DNA of 64,000 nucleotides, taken from the sequence record SRR31156797_2598. One strand, given 5' to 3'. The notes beneath the pieces were generated by a model. That model did no database searches. It was given only the letters and a program-made list of their open reading frames with translations, and was not told where the DNA came from. A program made the translations under genes and the position numbers. The first letter of the stretch is position 1, and each line of letters starts with the position of its first letter. This document shows, piece by piece, positions 20,099 to 30,352 of the stretch.

Positions 20099-21391
20099 TT
20101 AATTGAGTTTGAAATTTATCTTTATCTCAGTTCCAGTGGCATCTGTGCTGGACACTGATATTTCACCATCATGTATATCTACGATTTTTCTACAGATACT
20201 TAAGCCTAACCCAAAGCCTGTGTTTCTTGTTCTTGCCGAGTCAGATCTGTAAAATGGTTCAAATATATACGGCATATCTTTGGCAGGGATTCCTAAACCA
20301 TGATTTCTAATGGTTATATTTAAATGATTATTCTCAGTTGTTACTATCACTAGAACTGGCTTTTTAGATTCATGTGAATATTTTACGGCATTGCTCAATA
20401 GGTTGTTAATCAGGCTTTTAATTAAAAGGCTGTTGCCATGAAAGTTAATACTATCATCTATTTTCAGTTCAATTGACGCTCCGGCTCTATTGAAAGCTGA
20501 TACGCATTTCTTAGTGACTTTAGTAAAATCAAACTGACTCTTTTCTATTGTTAAATTTGAGAAGCCGACATTCGCATACTCAAGAACGATATGTATTAGC
20601 TTATCCATGTGAGAGATATCGTCGACTAAAGAATCTTTCAGTTCTTTATCATCCACCATATCTGCTGCGATTCTCATACTTGTGAGTGGTGTTCTTAATT
20701 CATGGCTGATATCTGCTATTAAATGTTCTCGTGAGTGTATAGCCTGCTCTATGGTTTCTGATAATTCGTTGAAAGTTGTACATAGTTGTCCTAATTCGTC
20801 TTTGCCTTTATGGTTGATCCTGTGATTGAAATCACCTGATCTGACTATTTCCATAGCAGAGTGCATCTTTTTTATTGGGGAAAGTAGTTTTCTTATAATT
20901 AAGAAAGCTGAAAATAAAATAATCACAACAAAAGCCAGCAATAGCAGAAGGAGAAATCTTAGCTGCTTCAGGTCACTGGTATTTGGCAGTATCCGAACTG
21001 TCAGGACACCGTCTGCCTCTGTATAAGTAAAACGAATATAGCCGTGAGAGGAGGCAACCTTAAGGTTTTTACTCTCAATTAACGGATAAAGACTATCATC
21101 AGGGAAATATCCTGTATCTTGTCCGATTATCCAACTTTCTTTGCCGGAATGGTAAGACACAGAAGCATTTAATTTTTGAGATAGTTCGGTTGCTTTGATT
21201 TTGTCAGGAGGTAAGCCGAGATCATCTTTGATATAGGTTGCATACGCCTCGAGATTTGTCCGAGAGCTTGAATCAAGTTTCAGAGAGTAATAGTGGAATA
21301 TGCTGAAAACTGAAATATTAATCAGAAAAGCCAGGCATATAATAAGAACTAACATTTTAGTGAAAATTGAGCTGTAGTACATTTTAGACAT
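20099..21391 (-). CDS. HAMP-containing sensor histidine kinase
   Basis: Two TM segments, HAMP (DELGQL), SHELRTPL, NLLSNAVKY and GFGLGL. Confidence 0.95.
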   Translation of the reverse strand: MSKMYYSSIFTKMLVLIICLAFLINISVFSIFHYYSLKLDSSSRTNLEAYATYIKDDLGLPPDKIKATELSQKLNASVSYHSGKESWIIGQDTGYFPDDSLYPLIESKNLKVASSHGYIRFTYTEADGVLTVRILPNTSDLKQLRFLLLLLLAFVVIILFSAFLIIRKLLSPIKKMHSAMEIVRSGDFNHRINHKGKDELGQLCTTFNELSETIEQAIHSREHLIADISHELRTPLTSMRIAADMVDDKELKDSLVDDISHMDKLIHIVLEYANVGFSNLTIEKSQFDFTKVTKKCVSAFNRAGASIELKIDDSINFHGNSLLIKSLINNLLSNAVKYSHESKKPVLVIVTTENNHLNITIRNHGLGIPAKDMPYIFEPFYRSDSARTRNTGFGLGLSICRKIVDIHDGEISVSSTDATGTEIKINFKLN

Positions 21392-21450
21392 AAATACTCC
21401 TCTGTTTAGTTAAATATACTCTTAAACAGGCGTAAGAGTGTTTAGAGTTG

Positions 21451-21477
21451 TTGAAGAATTGTAACGAGATGTAACAA
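21451..21477 (-). promoter_or_regulatory. Tandem GTTAC(A) direct repeats, candidate OmpR-type autoregulatory site
   Basis: On + strand GTAAC-gagat-GTAAC at 21461 and 21471 (10-bp period), upstream of the kinase gene. Confidence 0.45.
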
Positions 21478-21781
21478 CAGGCTTATGAGATTATCAAATA
21501 TGATAGAAGCCCCTGGTTTTGAGTTAAGTTTATCGGTTTGTGCTGGTATCGTTGCTCAAGGTATAGTAAGAGTTTCAATGATACTGCCTTGCGTGATATT
21601 CAGGAGTTGGAGTCAGTGGTGTATTTGCCAAAATCACGGCGGCGGTCTCAGTAGTAGTCATCGACTGGTAGGCGAATTATAGTTTGTTGCAGTTTACTCG
21701 AACTACACAGTGATTAATGTAAAGCACGTGTGTACTTTAAGGTCCATGGGATTCACAGACCTTAAGGTGGTTACTTGGTGA

Positions 21782-22120
21782 CTATTGAGTCAGCCCTATT
21801 TTGCCTTTCAGCCATGTACATAGGGCGCAGGTTCCATTTTTAAAATCTCTTATGAATCTTACTAGAATGCCAATACCTACGATACCAATAATAAGCAGGG
21901 GCATAGTAAAAACTGACACACCAACACCGAAAATGATACTGAGAAACCCTTTTACTCCAATTGATGTAATGCCTATTTCCGGCAAATACTTCATGAAAAA
22001 TATGATAGTATAAAAAGTAACTATCAGCGGCAGGCAAATTTTACAGCTTAGTATAAAATCATACGCCGCCTTGAGACTTAAGTGTTCAAGATAATTGCTC
22101 CATAATTCCTTACATTTCAT
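21782..22120 (-). CDS. Small membrane protein of unknown function
   Basis: AAGGAGG SD, two hydrophobic segments, C-terminal CALC. Confidence 0.65.
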   Translation of the reverse strand: MKCKELWSNYLEHLSLKAAYDFILSCKICLPLIVTFYTIIFFMKYLPEIGITSIGVKGFLSIIFGVGVSVFTMPLLIIGIVGIGILVRFIRDFKNGTCALCTWLKGKIGLTQ

Positions 22121-22164
22121 CTTCTTCCTCCTTATGTTTATATTTCATTTCTCTACTTGTGTTT

Positions 22165-23988
22165 TTACCTGAACTCACTTTTAATTTTTTTATCTATCTC
22201 CTTCTTAAAGTTAACTGCTGCTTTGCGTTTCTTTTTAGTGATAGCATCAGCATCAGCCTGAGTGCGTACTATGTGTGTGCTGATAAATATCATCAGGTTC
22301 GTTTTCTCATGAGCTGTACCCTTGGTCTTAAAGAGCCATCCTATTACAGGGATTTTCGATAATCCGGGGATACCGCTCATATTGCGATCTGAATCATCTT
22401 TTAAAAGCCCTGAGATCACCATCATTGAACCATCTTTAAGTTTTACCTGTGTCGTTGTAGACCTTGTCAATGTTATCGGTGCTGTGACGGTTGCTGAGCC
22501 TGTAACTTTTTTGACTTCTTGTTCTATGGTAAGAGTGATTGTGTCGTTAGATGAAATTCTCGGCTGAACTTTTAGCCTTACTCCGACATCTCTGTAGTCG
22601 TATGACTGAACTGGGTTATTATTTGAGTCGTACTTAGTGCTTGTGAGGAAAGGTCTGTTCTCACCGACAAATACCTCTGCCTCTCCGTTATCAAGTGTTA
22701 GAATCTGCGGATTAGATAAAAGCTCTATCTCGCTGGCACTTTTTGAGAAGTTTACAAATGAGCTTATAGAGGGGAATGATACTCCGTTGTAGCTGATCAT
22801 ATTCCCTAAGATTCCTAAACTGAATCCTCCGGGTAGTGCGCTGTATGTACCACTAGTACCGACAGATTGTAGTGAACTTAGATTACCTGAGTTAAGATAG
22901 CCCACCGTTCCCATAGTTGAACCGGCTTCAGCAACTCCTTGCCACTCAACACCGACCTGCTTCCCACTGTCTAAACTTGTCTCCATAATAAGAGCTTCCA
23001 CATAAACCTGCTTTCTCTCTATATCGAGTTTTTCTATGAGGTGCTCTATCTTGGCGTAAAACTCGCTGTCGCCGAATGCTATAATAGAGTTAGTCGCTTT
23101 CTCATATGAGATAACTGGTTTGCCTGAAGACGAACTCTTTTTAGGTTTAGCTTGAGAGCTTGTCATCTTTTCAAGGACTTTACCCACGTCTTCAGCATTT
23201 GCATTGTTCAGGTAATACACCTTTGGCATTTTAAACGTAGATAATCTGTTTGAATCGAGCTGGTTTACCAAAGACTTCAATCGCTTATATTCAGCTTCAT
23301 CTGTCACAACCATAAGGATATTTGAAATCTCATCTGCAACCATAATTGGAGTATTACCCACCAGCATCTTTCGATCCATCTCTCCATACAGCTTTATAAG
23401 GTTCTTGCTTATATCAATGGCAGAAGTGTTATTGATCTCTATGATCCTTATAGTTTGTCCTTCTGCACGCATCTCAAGCTTTGTCATGAGCTTTTTGATC
23501 ATGGTTATACGTCCTATACTGTCACGCACGACAATAGTGTTAAGACCTTTCATTACCTCAACATATCCAGCTTTTGACTTAAGCTTGGTTAATGTAGCAC
23601 TTAGAATCTTAGTATTGAAGTTTCTGGCGTTTAGGATAGTTGTAATACGTGCATTTTCATTTCCGTTGCCGTATGAATCCTCCATACTTGCAATCTCTTG
23701 CTGGCGGACGATTTCAGAGTATGTGCCTCTGTCTACTATCTCAAGTCCGTTTGCCCGTAGAGTTGACTCAAATATCTCCATTATGTCTTCACTGTTCATC
23801 TCAGATGATGATTCGATACTCACCTGACCTTTCATGTCCTTCTTGTCGTATACGAAGTTTTTTCCTGTAAACTCAGAGACGAAGCTAACAAATTCATTAA
23901 GCTCCATGTCTCTGAAGTTCACATTAATTTCAGCTAAGGCTGTCACTGAAAAAAATAAAATTAAAAATATGAGTTTGAGGGTTTGCAT
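22165..23988 (-). CDS. gspD: Type II secretion secretin GspD
   Basis: INVNFRDMEL.EFV (N0 domain), VYYLNNANAEDV (N3), QVYVEALIME, SGIPGLSKIP..GWLF and KTNLMIFI. Confidence 0.9.
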   Translation of the reverse strand: MQTLKLIFLILFFSVTALAEINVNFRDMELNEFVSFVSEFTGKNFVYDKKDMKGQVSIESSSEMNSEDIMEIFESTLRANGLEIVDRGTYSEIVRQQEIASMEDSYGNGNENARITTILNARNFNTKILSATLTKLKSKAGYVEVMKGLNTIVVRDSIGRITMIKKLMTKLEMRAEGQTIRIIEINNTSAIDISKNLIKLYGEMDRKMLVGNTPIMVADEISNILMVVTDEAEYKRLKSLVNQLDSNRLSTFKMPKVYYLNNANAEDVGKVLEKMTSSQAKPKKSSSSGKPVISYEKATNSIIAFGDSEFYAKIEHLIEKLDIERKQVYVEALIMETSLDSGKQVGVEWQGVAEAGSTMGTVGYLNSGNLSSLQSVGTSGTYSALPGGFSLGILGNMISYNGVSFPSISSFVNFSKSASEIELLSNPQILTLDNGEAEVFVGENRPFLTSTKYDSNNNPVQSYDYRDVGVRLKVQPRISSNDTITLTIEQEVKKVTGSATVTAPITLTRSTTTQVKLKDGSMMVISGLLKDDSDRNMSGIPGLSKIPVIGWLFKTKGTAHEKTNLMIFISTHIVRTQADADAITKKKRKAAVNFKKEIDKKIKSEFR

Positions 23989-24021
23989 ATACTCTACTCC
24001 TGTTGGTTAAACTTGCTTTGT

Positions 24022-25623
24022 CTATAGTTTATATTTGTCAAAAATCCCTGCTAAGACTGATGACATGTTGTTTAATTTTTCATAGGTGCTACTTAGCTGA
24101 TTCGCTGATTGAATTCTGTTATTTGAAAATTCTTCAATTTTTCCTATCTCAACTGATATTTGCTCCGAAACTAAAGTCTGCTGCTCTGTTGCAACTGCAA
24201 TCTCTTCAATCATTGCTCTGTTCTCCGAGGAAGAATTCTCTATCTCACTTAGCTTCTGTGCGACTTCTGACATGACAGAAATGGTTGCTTCAATTTCATT
24301 TAGTGCAGTTTTCATAGTGGATTCAGTAGTTTTAGAATCCTGTTGAATTTTAGTGATTTTTTCCGTGACTTCTTTAGTCGCATCTGCCGTTTTCTCTGCA
24401 AGCTTACGAACCTCGTCAGCAACTACTGCAAATCCTCTTCCGTGCTCCCCAGCCCTTGCTGCTTCTATAGCGGCATTCAGTGCTAGCAGGTTTGTATTAT
24501 CTGCAATTTCATCAATGACATGTACAATGTCACCAATACTTACAACCTCTCTATTAAGTTCAAATACTTTATCTGCAAGATCAGTTGCTGATTTACCTGC
24601 AGAGCTTATACGTTTAACGGCATCATCAACTATCTTGTTGCCTGCGACTGATTCTTCGGCTGACTTATTACTGATGCTGATGGTTGTATCAACTATTTCT
24701 GAAATACTTGTAGCTGAATGCGCCATTTCGGCTGCACCTGCTGCTATCTCTCTGGATTTGTCCTGCTGGATATCTGCTTCCCGAATTGATTCATTGAGGG
24801 ACATTCCTAAAAGCTCTGACTCTGTGGATACTCCGTCAGCAATATCTTTGATTTGCCTGAATGAATCACCGAGATCCTTGAGCATCTTCTGAAGTGAAAA
24901 GATTAAGCAACCTATCTCATCTTCACACTTAGCTGTAATCTCTACGGAAAAATCCTTGTCTGATACTTTTTTGAAAGCATTATTAATATTGGAAAATGGA
25001 TTATAGAAGACTTTATTAAATATAAATATCAAGGTAAGAAGAATTAAAGCGAAACTAACAAAGGCTATGGTCATAGACTTTAACTCTGCTTCAGATATTG
25101 CATTGTCTATTTCACTCATGCTAAGACTTATGCTGACAGCACCGAGAACGTCGTTCTCCTGAATATTTGTATTATGGCAGTCAAAGCAATTAACTCCCAT
25201 GTATTCTCTAAGTGCTAAAAATGGAAAGAGCCCTTGCATGTAGTGTTCTCCATCAATATAGACTTCTTTAAATACAGGTTTACTGCCGCTGAAAACACTA
25301 TGTTCAAATTCATCCTGTGGGTAAGCATCCTCTGGTGCCTTGTCGTATTCAGCATCAAGTACGCGGTTTCTGAGCATACGGACTTTGAACATCTTATTCA
25401 TATGTTCCAGAAGCGATTCCTGTGATTCCATTGAGTCATTAAGCATGTAGTTGGTAGAGACCCCAAACATTGTTTCTGACATCTTCTTCATCTCGCTTTT
25501 AAGCTGAACTGTAGATAACTCCTCAATAGAGCTGTCAAAGAGAGTGAAATTTCCTAAGCTGGAGATCCCTAAAAGTAAAAGCATAGGGAGAATAATTTTC
25601 CATTTAATTGATAATCTATTCAT
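24022..25623 (-). CDS. Methyl-accepting chemotaxis protein with periplasmic heme-c sensor domain
   Basis: TM, periplasmic domain with CFDCH, TM, HAMP, then [34 protein letters not shown]. Confidence 0.93.
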   Translation of the reverse strand: MNRLSIKWKIILPMLLLLGISSLGNFTLFDSSIEELSTVQLKSEMKKMSETMFGVSTNYMLNDSMESQESLLEHMNKMFKVRMLRNRVLDAEYDKAPEDAYPQDEFEHSVFSGSKPVFKEVYIDGEHYMQGLFPFLALREYMGVNCFDCHNTNIQENDVLGAVSISLSMSEIDNAISEAELKSMTIAFVSFALILLTLIFIFNKVFYNPFSNINNAFKKVSDKDFSVEITAKCEDEIGCLIFSLQKMLKDLGDSFRQIKDIADGVSTESELLGMSLNESIREADIQQDKSREIAAGAAEMAHSATSISEIVDTTISISNKSAEESVAGNKIVDDAVKRISSAGKSATDLADKVFELNREVVSIGDIVHVIDEIADNTNLLALNAAIEAARAGEHGRGFAVVADEVRKLAEKTADATKEVTEKITKIQQDSKTTESTMKTALNEIEATISVMSEVAQKLSEIENSSSENRAMIEEIAVATEQQTLVSEQISVEIGKIEEFSNNRIQSANQLSSTYEKLNNMSSVLAGIFDKYKL

Positions 25624-26269
25624 ATGAAATCCTTTTTTGTTGGGAATCTAGTAGAATGCTTATGTAATAAAGATCAGCACCTATGATGAGTTCGGGCAGA
25701 AGAGCAAGCTTATTATAGACGCTGCTGTCATCGCTGTGCCTGAAAACAAACTCTCCAAATAGCTCTGCCCATGGGTGAAAATACTGTTCGATATAGTCTT
25801 TTTGTTTAATGAGAGAATATTCCTGATCTGTTGAATGTATCAGAGAGTTCATGATGGAGCAGTGGAGGTAAAAGCACTTCCCAAGAGACCCAAAGCTCAA
25901 ATTAGTATCAATATTTATCATCTCTAAAATATCTATCGGTAAATCTTTAGAACTGGCGAGAATAAGGAAATGATCAAGTAGTTTTGCGAGACCTTCTACC
26001 GACTCTTTGTTCTCGTATGCTTTAAGAGCACTGCTGAACTTTATTGTTTTATTGGCAGAATCTGAGGTTTCGAAAAGAAGTTTTGTTGAGCTCATTATCA
26101 TTTCAATGATATTCTTTTCATCATTTGTAAATATAAGTTTTTTTATAAAGTCTTCAATTTCCTGAATGTACCTATGCTCACCAGAATCACTAAAAAGATT
26201 TCCCATTACTGAATACATTTCAGATCGTTCTGCTGCTATTTCGTCTTTTGTTTCAATTGCTGTGGACAT
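25616..26269 (-). CDS. Divergent TorD/DmsD-like chaperone (second copy)
   Basis: R..MY..L N-terminus and [10 protein letters not shown]...F C-terminal helix parallel the protein at 27724-28401. Confidence 0.55.
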   Translation of the reverse strand: MSTAIETKDEIAAERSEMYSVMGNLFSDSGEHRYIQEIEDFIKKLIFTNDEKNIIEMIMSSTKLLFETSDSANKTIKFSSALKAYENKESVEGLAKLLDHFLILASSKDLPIDILEMINIDTNLSFGSLGKCFYLHCSIMNSLIHSTDQEYSLIKQKDYIEQYFHPWAELFGEFVFRHSDDSSVYNKLALLPELIIGADLYYISILLDSQQKRISYE

Positions 26270-26297
26270 GTCTTTTTCCTTGTCAGTTTATTAAGTA

Positions 26298-26327
26298 GGT
26301 TTAGGGTGTAGCAGTACACCCTAAACC
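26298..26327. other. Perfect 13-bp-stem hairpin in the intergenic region
   Basis: GGTTTAGGGTGTA-GCAG-TACACCCTAAACC. Confidence 0.6.
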
Positions 26328-26405
26328 GTTTAGGGAGCAGGATCTTGAACTTCAGCTAAGGCCCCTATATGAAAAAAGCTAAAGGTCAAAAACCACGTAT
26401 ATGCC

Positions 26406-26437
26406 AAATTTAAAAGAGGGGATGTGCGCGTCCCCTC
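26406..26437 (-). terminator. Terminator-like hairpin downstream of tatA
   Basis: Minus strand reads GAGGGGAC-GCGCAC-ATCCCCTC followed by TTTTAAATTT. Confidence 0.55.
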
Positions 26438-26529
26438 CAAAACGAAGGTTAAAGTGTATCAGTCGGGTTCGTAACTATCTAACACTTAAACCTTTAGGGT
26501 TGTTCCTATCTGTTTATCAAGTAAAGGAA

Positions 26530-26697
26530 TTAGGGTGTAGTTTCCGTCGTATCCTCTTCTGCCTCTTTGACACTTTTTTTAAAGTTATTTAAGCCCCTCC
26601 CCATACTTTCACCAAGCTGAGGCAGCTTGCCTGCACCAAAGATGACTACAGCAATAACGAGAATTATAATTATTTCAGTACTTCCTAAACCAAACAT
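26530..26697 (-). CDS. tatA: Twin-arginine translocase subunit TatA, 55 aa (missing from ORF track)
   Basis: MFGLGSTEIIIILVIAVVIFGAGKLPQLGESMGRGLNNFKKSVKE: canonical TM, FG hinge and amphipathic helix. GAGG SD. Confidence 0.92.
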   Translation of the reverse strand: MFGLGSTEIIIILVIAVVIFGAGKLPQLGESMGRGLNNFKKSVKEAEEDTTETTP

Positions 26698-26707
26698 TTT
26701 AATTACC

Positions 26708-27727
26708 TCACTTATTGGATATTTTTTTCAGGTTAATAATTTCACTAAAAGAGATGTTGCCACCCATACAGGCTTTGGCACATACGCCGCAGCCTGTACA
26801 AGTTGAGGTTATATGTTCTATAAAACCTTCAGGAGTTTTAGTGATAGAGCCTGTGGGGCATAGCTTTGCGCATAAGCCACAGCTCATACATTTTTCATTA
26901 ATTTCTACACTGGCAATTGGTATGTCAGGTATATATTTCAATTTACTATTAAGTTGCGATTTAAGTTTCTTCAGAAGGCTGTCTGATAAAGTTTTTCTCT
27001 GAGAAATTCTACTATTAACATCAAATTTTATGCTGCTTGCAGACTCGTTACTTACAACATCCAATGTGTTTGCTATTCCTGCTGCCCAATCTCTGCCGAA
27101 GGATTTAAAAAAGTCTCTTCGTGTAAGTTGTTTTTCAGCAGTCTGCTTCTTTATCAATCCGAATTTCTTAACTTTTATAGTTATGTTGTTAGCTTCCGAC
27201 TCAGCTATTATGTTGCATTGTCTGATATTTTTAGAAAAGTCTATTAAGGTCTCTATCTGCTTTAAAAGGTAGCTCTTCCCATCGCCGATTGCGCAGGTCT
27301 TGCATCTTTCAGAGTAAGCTGAGATCTCCTTTACTCCGCCAGTTATCCAGTAGAGGAGGTATAGAGCATGTATACTGCCTAAACAGGTTACGTTGCCGAT
27401 CTTCTTCATACTATTATTAGAGCAAACTAAACTGAGCTTTCCTTCTGATTGCTTAGAAAGTATGGACTCACACCAGTTTATTTCATTAACACCTGTCCTG
27501 TTAAATACTCCATTATTACAGGCAGAAACACACTGCTCACAAGAAGTACACCTGTCTGGATTAATGGCTACACCTGTTCCGGGTCTGCCTATATTTATTG
27601 CATCAAAAGAACAAACATCCTTGCAGTCTGTGCAGTCTGCTTTTTTGTGATACATGTTTATGCAGTGGCTAGCATTAGGCATTACCGTTGAGCAACCGGG
27701 TGCTATTTTTAGTAAATTTTTTATCAT
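26708..27727 (-). CDS. Polyferredoxin-type 4Fe-4S protein
   Basis: Four CxxCxxxC / CxxCxxCxxxC clusters at the N- and C-termini, a Cys-containing central domain, and an internal TRRDFFK. Confidence 0.85.
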   Translation of the reverse strand: MIKNLLKIAPGCSTVMPNASHCINMYHKKADCTDCKDVCSFDAINIGRPGTGVAINPDRCTSCEQCVSACNNGVFNRTGVNEINWCESILSKQSEGKLSLVCSNNSMKKIGNVTCLGSIHALYLLYWITGGVKEISAYSERCKTCAIGDGKSYLLKQIETLIDFSKNIRQCNIIAESEANNITIKVKKFGLIKKQTAEKQLTRRDFFKSFGRDWAAGIANTLDVVSNESASSIKFDVNSRISQRKTLSDSLLKKLKSQLNSKLKYIPDIPIASVEINEKCMSCGLCAKLCPTGSITKTPEGFIEHITSTCTGCGVCAKACMGGNISFSEIINLKKISNK

Positions 27728-28401
27728 AACAATTTAGTTATATTTTCCCTGTCGATACGTGTTAAGACAGAGGGGATACCTGCTAAAGCCTTGTAAATGC
27801 TGCCTTCTTTAGCTTTAGCGTGGAGGCTTTCTGAAAAAGAATCTAGCCAATTCAATATATGATTATCAAGAAATTCGACCTGCAGCTTAAGTAGCTCGTC
27901 AATCTCAATGTTATTTTCAGTATTTAAGGTTTTATCAATTAGATTCTCCATAAACAGAAATTGAACTTCTAGAGAATCTTCGAGTTTATGAGCAGTAGCT
28001 TTAAGCTTAAATCCGCATTTAGTATAAAACTTCTTACATGCTTCCCATTGAACTCGCTTGATAAGCTTTGTTTTCGACAAAGCAGCAGATGCGTTATCTT
28101 CCACTCTGTCATCTCCAAATCTAAAATGATAAGTGAACTCTTGAGCACATGCGTTGATGAAATCCTTGTTTTCTGCCTTTTCTTTATTAGATGTTAACCA
28201 TTCTCTCATCGCTAACATAGAATCTTTCAGTGCCTGCCTGTCAGTTTTATCCTCAGTAATCTCAAGAAAATCTTTTGTAATATGTTCAAAGAAATCAACC
28301 CTGTCGTATTGAACAGGATTGCCTACAAGAAACGAAAGTTCTTTATACATACGTGCTCTTCCAAGCATATATTCTTCAAATGTTATTTTAATCATGCTCA
28401 T
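27724..28401 (-). CDS. TorD/DmsD-family molybdoenzyme chaperone
   Basis: RARMY..L, FY..CGF, EDSLEVQFLFM (variant of the DH..EL.F motif) and Q..FLDNHILNW...F. Confidence 0.8.
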   Translation of the reverse strand: MSMIKITFEEYMLGRARMYKELSFLVGNPVQYDRVDFFEHITKDFLEITEDKTDRQALKDSMLAMREWLTSNKEKAENKDFINACAQEFTYHFRFGDDRVEDNASAALSKTKLIKRVQWEACKKFYTKCGFKLKATAHKLEDSLEVQFLFMENLIDKTLNTENNIEIDELLKLQVEFLDNHILNWLDSFSESLHAKAKEGSIYKALAGIPSVLTRIDRENITKLL

Positions 28402-29677
28402 AGAAAACCTCTTGAATATTTATTAACTCAAAATGAATCTCACGGAGGAATTTAGCTAAACCGTTATTCTCAGTTACCAAGTAAGAGATCCCGACCTCTT
28501 CGACAGAAGAATTTTGCAACAAAGGCAAGTCTTTAATCCTGAATTCAATACTTTCTGACGATGTATCATATGTGTAATAACAACTGTTGTTTTCATCTAG
28601 AATATTGCGTATTTTTAAGGCATCTGCGCCGAAGGTCTTAGCTGTTTTAATAAAGAAATCTTTTTCATCAAATACTTCCAAAGCAGATTTTTTTGTAAGG
28701 AAATTTTGTTGAAAAATCTGAGAAGTGAGTTTATTTTCCAGTGAACAGTAGTGAACGCCTATCTTAAAGTCGTTATCAGCGGCATAGCTCATAAGCTCTA
28801 ATGCTGTTTCTTCGCTACCATTTACCGGAAGACCACCCGCATAATTGTACTTATATAAAACCTTATAAGGTCTATTTTTAATTTTGTACCCTTTCTCAAC
28901 ATATTCCTGCGCATTCTGCCAAGGAAAGAGAAACTCAAGAAGGTTTACACTAAAAATTTCGGCATCTTCTAGCATATCCAATAATTTTTTCATCTCTGAA
29001 AAGCTGTCGGGCATCACAGGTAATTCTACTGTGACTTCATTAATATATTTTTTACAAAGCTCTAGCTTAGCCCTTAGCTCTACAAGGTCATAACTGCCAT
29101 TATCTTCTTTTGATGATATACGTATTTCATTAAGGTATTTGGAAAGCTCTATAAGACTCTCTTCTGTGAGTAAATCCCCGTTGGTGTACAGGCGTGTATG
29201 TGTCTTTTTATTTGTACGTTTCACTTTTTTATAAAATTCAATACACTTGTTAGTATGAAGAAGTGGTTCCCCGCCAGTTACAGCAACAGACGTCAGCTTC
29301 ATCCCACTATCCACATAAGCCTCATACTCTTTGCTTATATCAAAGACCTTGCCTAATGATTCCTCATAATTTTGCTGATTTCTGTTAGAGCAAAAATAGC
29401 AATTTCTATTACAGTCTAGAGTCAAGATAAACGTGGCAGAGGAGTAACCTTCTCTACAATCTTCACAAGCTTTCGAAAGCCTGTTTAAGCAGAGACTTTT
29501 ACTGTTGTTGCGAAACTCAATATCTTTTCTCTCAATTTTAGTTAGAATAGCTTGTCTCTCGGCAAGATTGTCTTCTGCAAACTCCATTCCTTCTCTTATT
29601 AAGGCTTGCCTAAAGTGCTCATATATATCAATGTATCTCTTGGCATATTTTGCTAGTTCGTTATTATTACTCATCAT
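28388..29677 (-). CDS. Radical SAM protein of unknown function (COG2108-like); start may be 29674-29719
   Basis: CNRNCYFC (CX3CX2C), TGGEP, LYTNG, upstream S.AC..C..G and C-terminal HYCS. Confidence 0.88.
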   Translation of the reverse strand: MMSNNNELAKYAKRYIDIYEHFRQALIREGMEFAEDNLAERQAILTKIERKDIEFRNNSKSLCLNRLSKACEDCREGYSSATFILTLDCNRNCYFCSNRNQQNYEESLGKVFDISKEYEAYVDSGMKLTSVAVTGGEPLLHTNKCIEFYKKVKRTNKKTHTRLYTNGDLLTEESLIELSKYLNEIRISSKEDNGSYDLVELRAKLELCKKYINEVTVELPVMPDSFSEMKKLLDMLEDAEIFSVNLLEFLFPWQNAQEYVEKGYKIKNRPYKVLYKYNYAGGLPVNGSEETALELMSYAADNDFKIGVHYCSLENKLTSQIFQQNFLTKKSALEVFDEKDFFIKTAKTFGADALKIRNILDENNSCYYTYDTSSESIEFRIKDLPLLQNSSVEEVGISYLVTENNGLAKFLREIHFELINIQEVFYEHD

Positions 29678-29733
29678 CAATACATCCGGTTTTATAAATT
29701 GGGGCAGACAGCTGCCCACCCCAATAAGCTATA

Positions 29734-30342
29734 TTATTTATTCTTAAAAATTATCGAAGGTTTTACCTCTTCTGGAAGGATGTTCCCTGCAGCACCGTAT
29801 GAAGGATCAGGAAACCCTAAAACAGAGTCTGTAGATGCTGGATATTTCTTTTTGAGCTCAGCCAGATCACCAAACTCAATCGCCCTTTGAGGACATGAAC
29901 CGACACAAGAAGGAGCAAGCCCATCAGCTGTTCTGTCCCAGCATGCAGTACATTTCTGCATAGGATGATCTACCTTCCATGATGAAAGTGCATCAGGTTC
30001 CTGATTATCATCAGCAAACTGAGGAGCGTTGAAAGGGCACGACGCAAGACATTGCTTACAAGCTATACATGCATCACGATTAACAATAACAACACCATCT
30101 GTTTCTCTTTTATATATCGCCCCCATAGGGCACACAGCTACACAAGCAGGTGCTTCACAATGGTTGCAGCTCATAGTAAGTTGGTAAATTGACAAGTTAG
30201 GATATCCGCCAACTTCATTTTCTGTTCTCCTGCGCCAGAAAGCAGGTCCAGCATTAACGCTGTTCCAGTCTTTACAAGCAACAATACATGTGTCACAAGC
30301 AACACATCTTGTCTGATCAAAGTAAAATCCTTTTTGTGACAT
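29734..30342 (-). CDS. dmsB: DmsB-like four-cluster Fe-S subunit
   Basis: GFYFDQTRCVACDTCIVACKDWN, SCNHCEAPACVAVCP, CIACKQCLASCP, KCTAC and CVGSCP. Confidence 0.92.
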   Translation of the reverse strand: MSQKGFYFDQTRCVACDTCIVACKDWNSVNAGPAFWRRRTENEVGGYPNLSIYQLTMSCNHCEAPACVAVCPMGAIYKRETDGVVIVNRDACIACKQCLASCPFNAPQFADDNQEPDALSSWKVDHPMQKCTACWDRTADGLAPSCVGSCPQRAIEFGDLAELKKKYPASTDSVLGFPDPSYGAAGNILPEEVKPSIIFKNK

Positions 30343-30352
30343 CTTATCCTCC

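Noticed and set aside
21485-21682. 65-aa + strand ORF
   Set aside because: No SD or motif, and it lies in the regulatory gap upstream of the kinase. Not excluded but unsupported.
26270-26529. Moco or c-di-GMP riboswitch
   Set aside because: The region is structured, but I could not match consensus elements. Kept only as an unexplained structured spacer.
26401-26592. 63-aa + strand ORF
   Set aside because: Antisense to tatA and runs through hairpins; no recognisable features.
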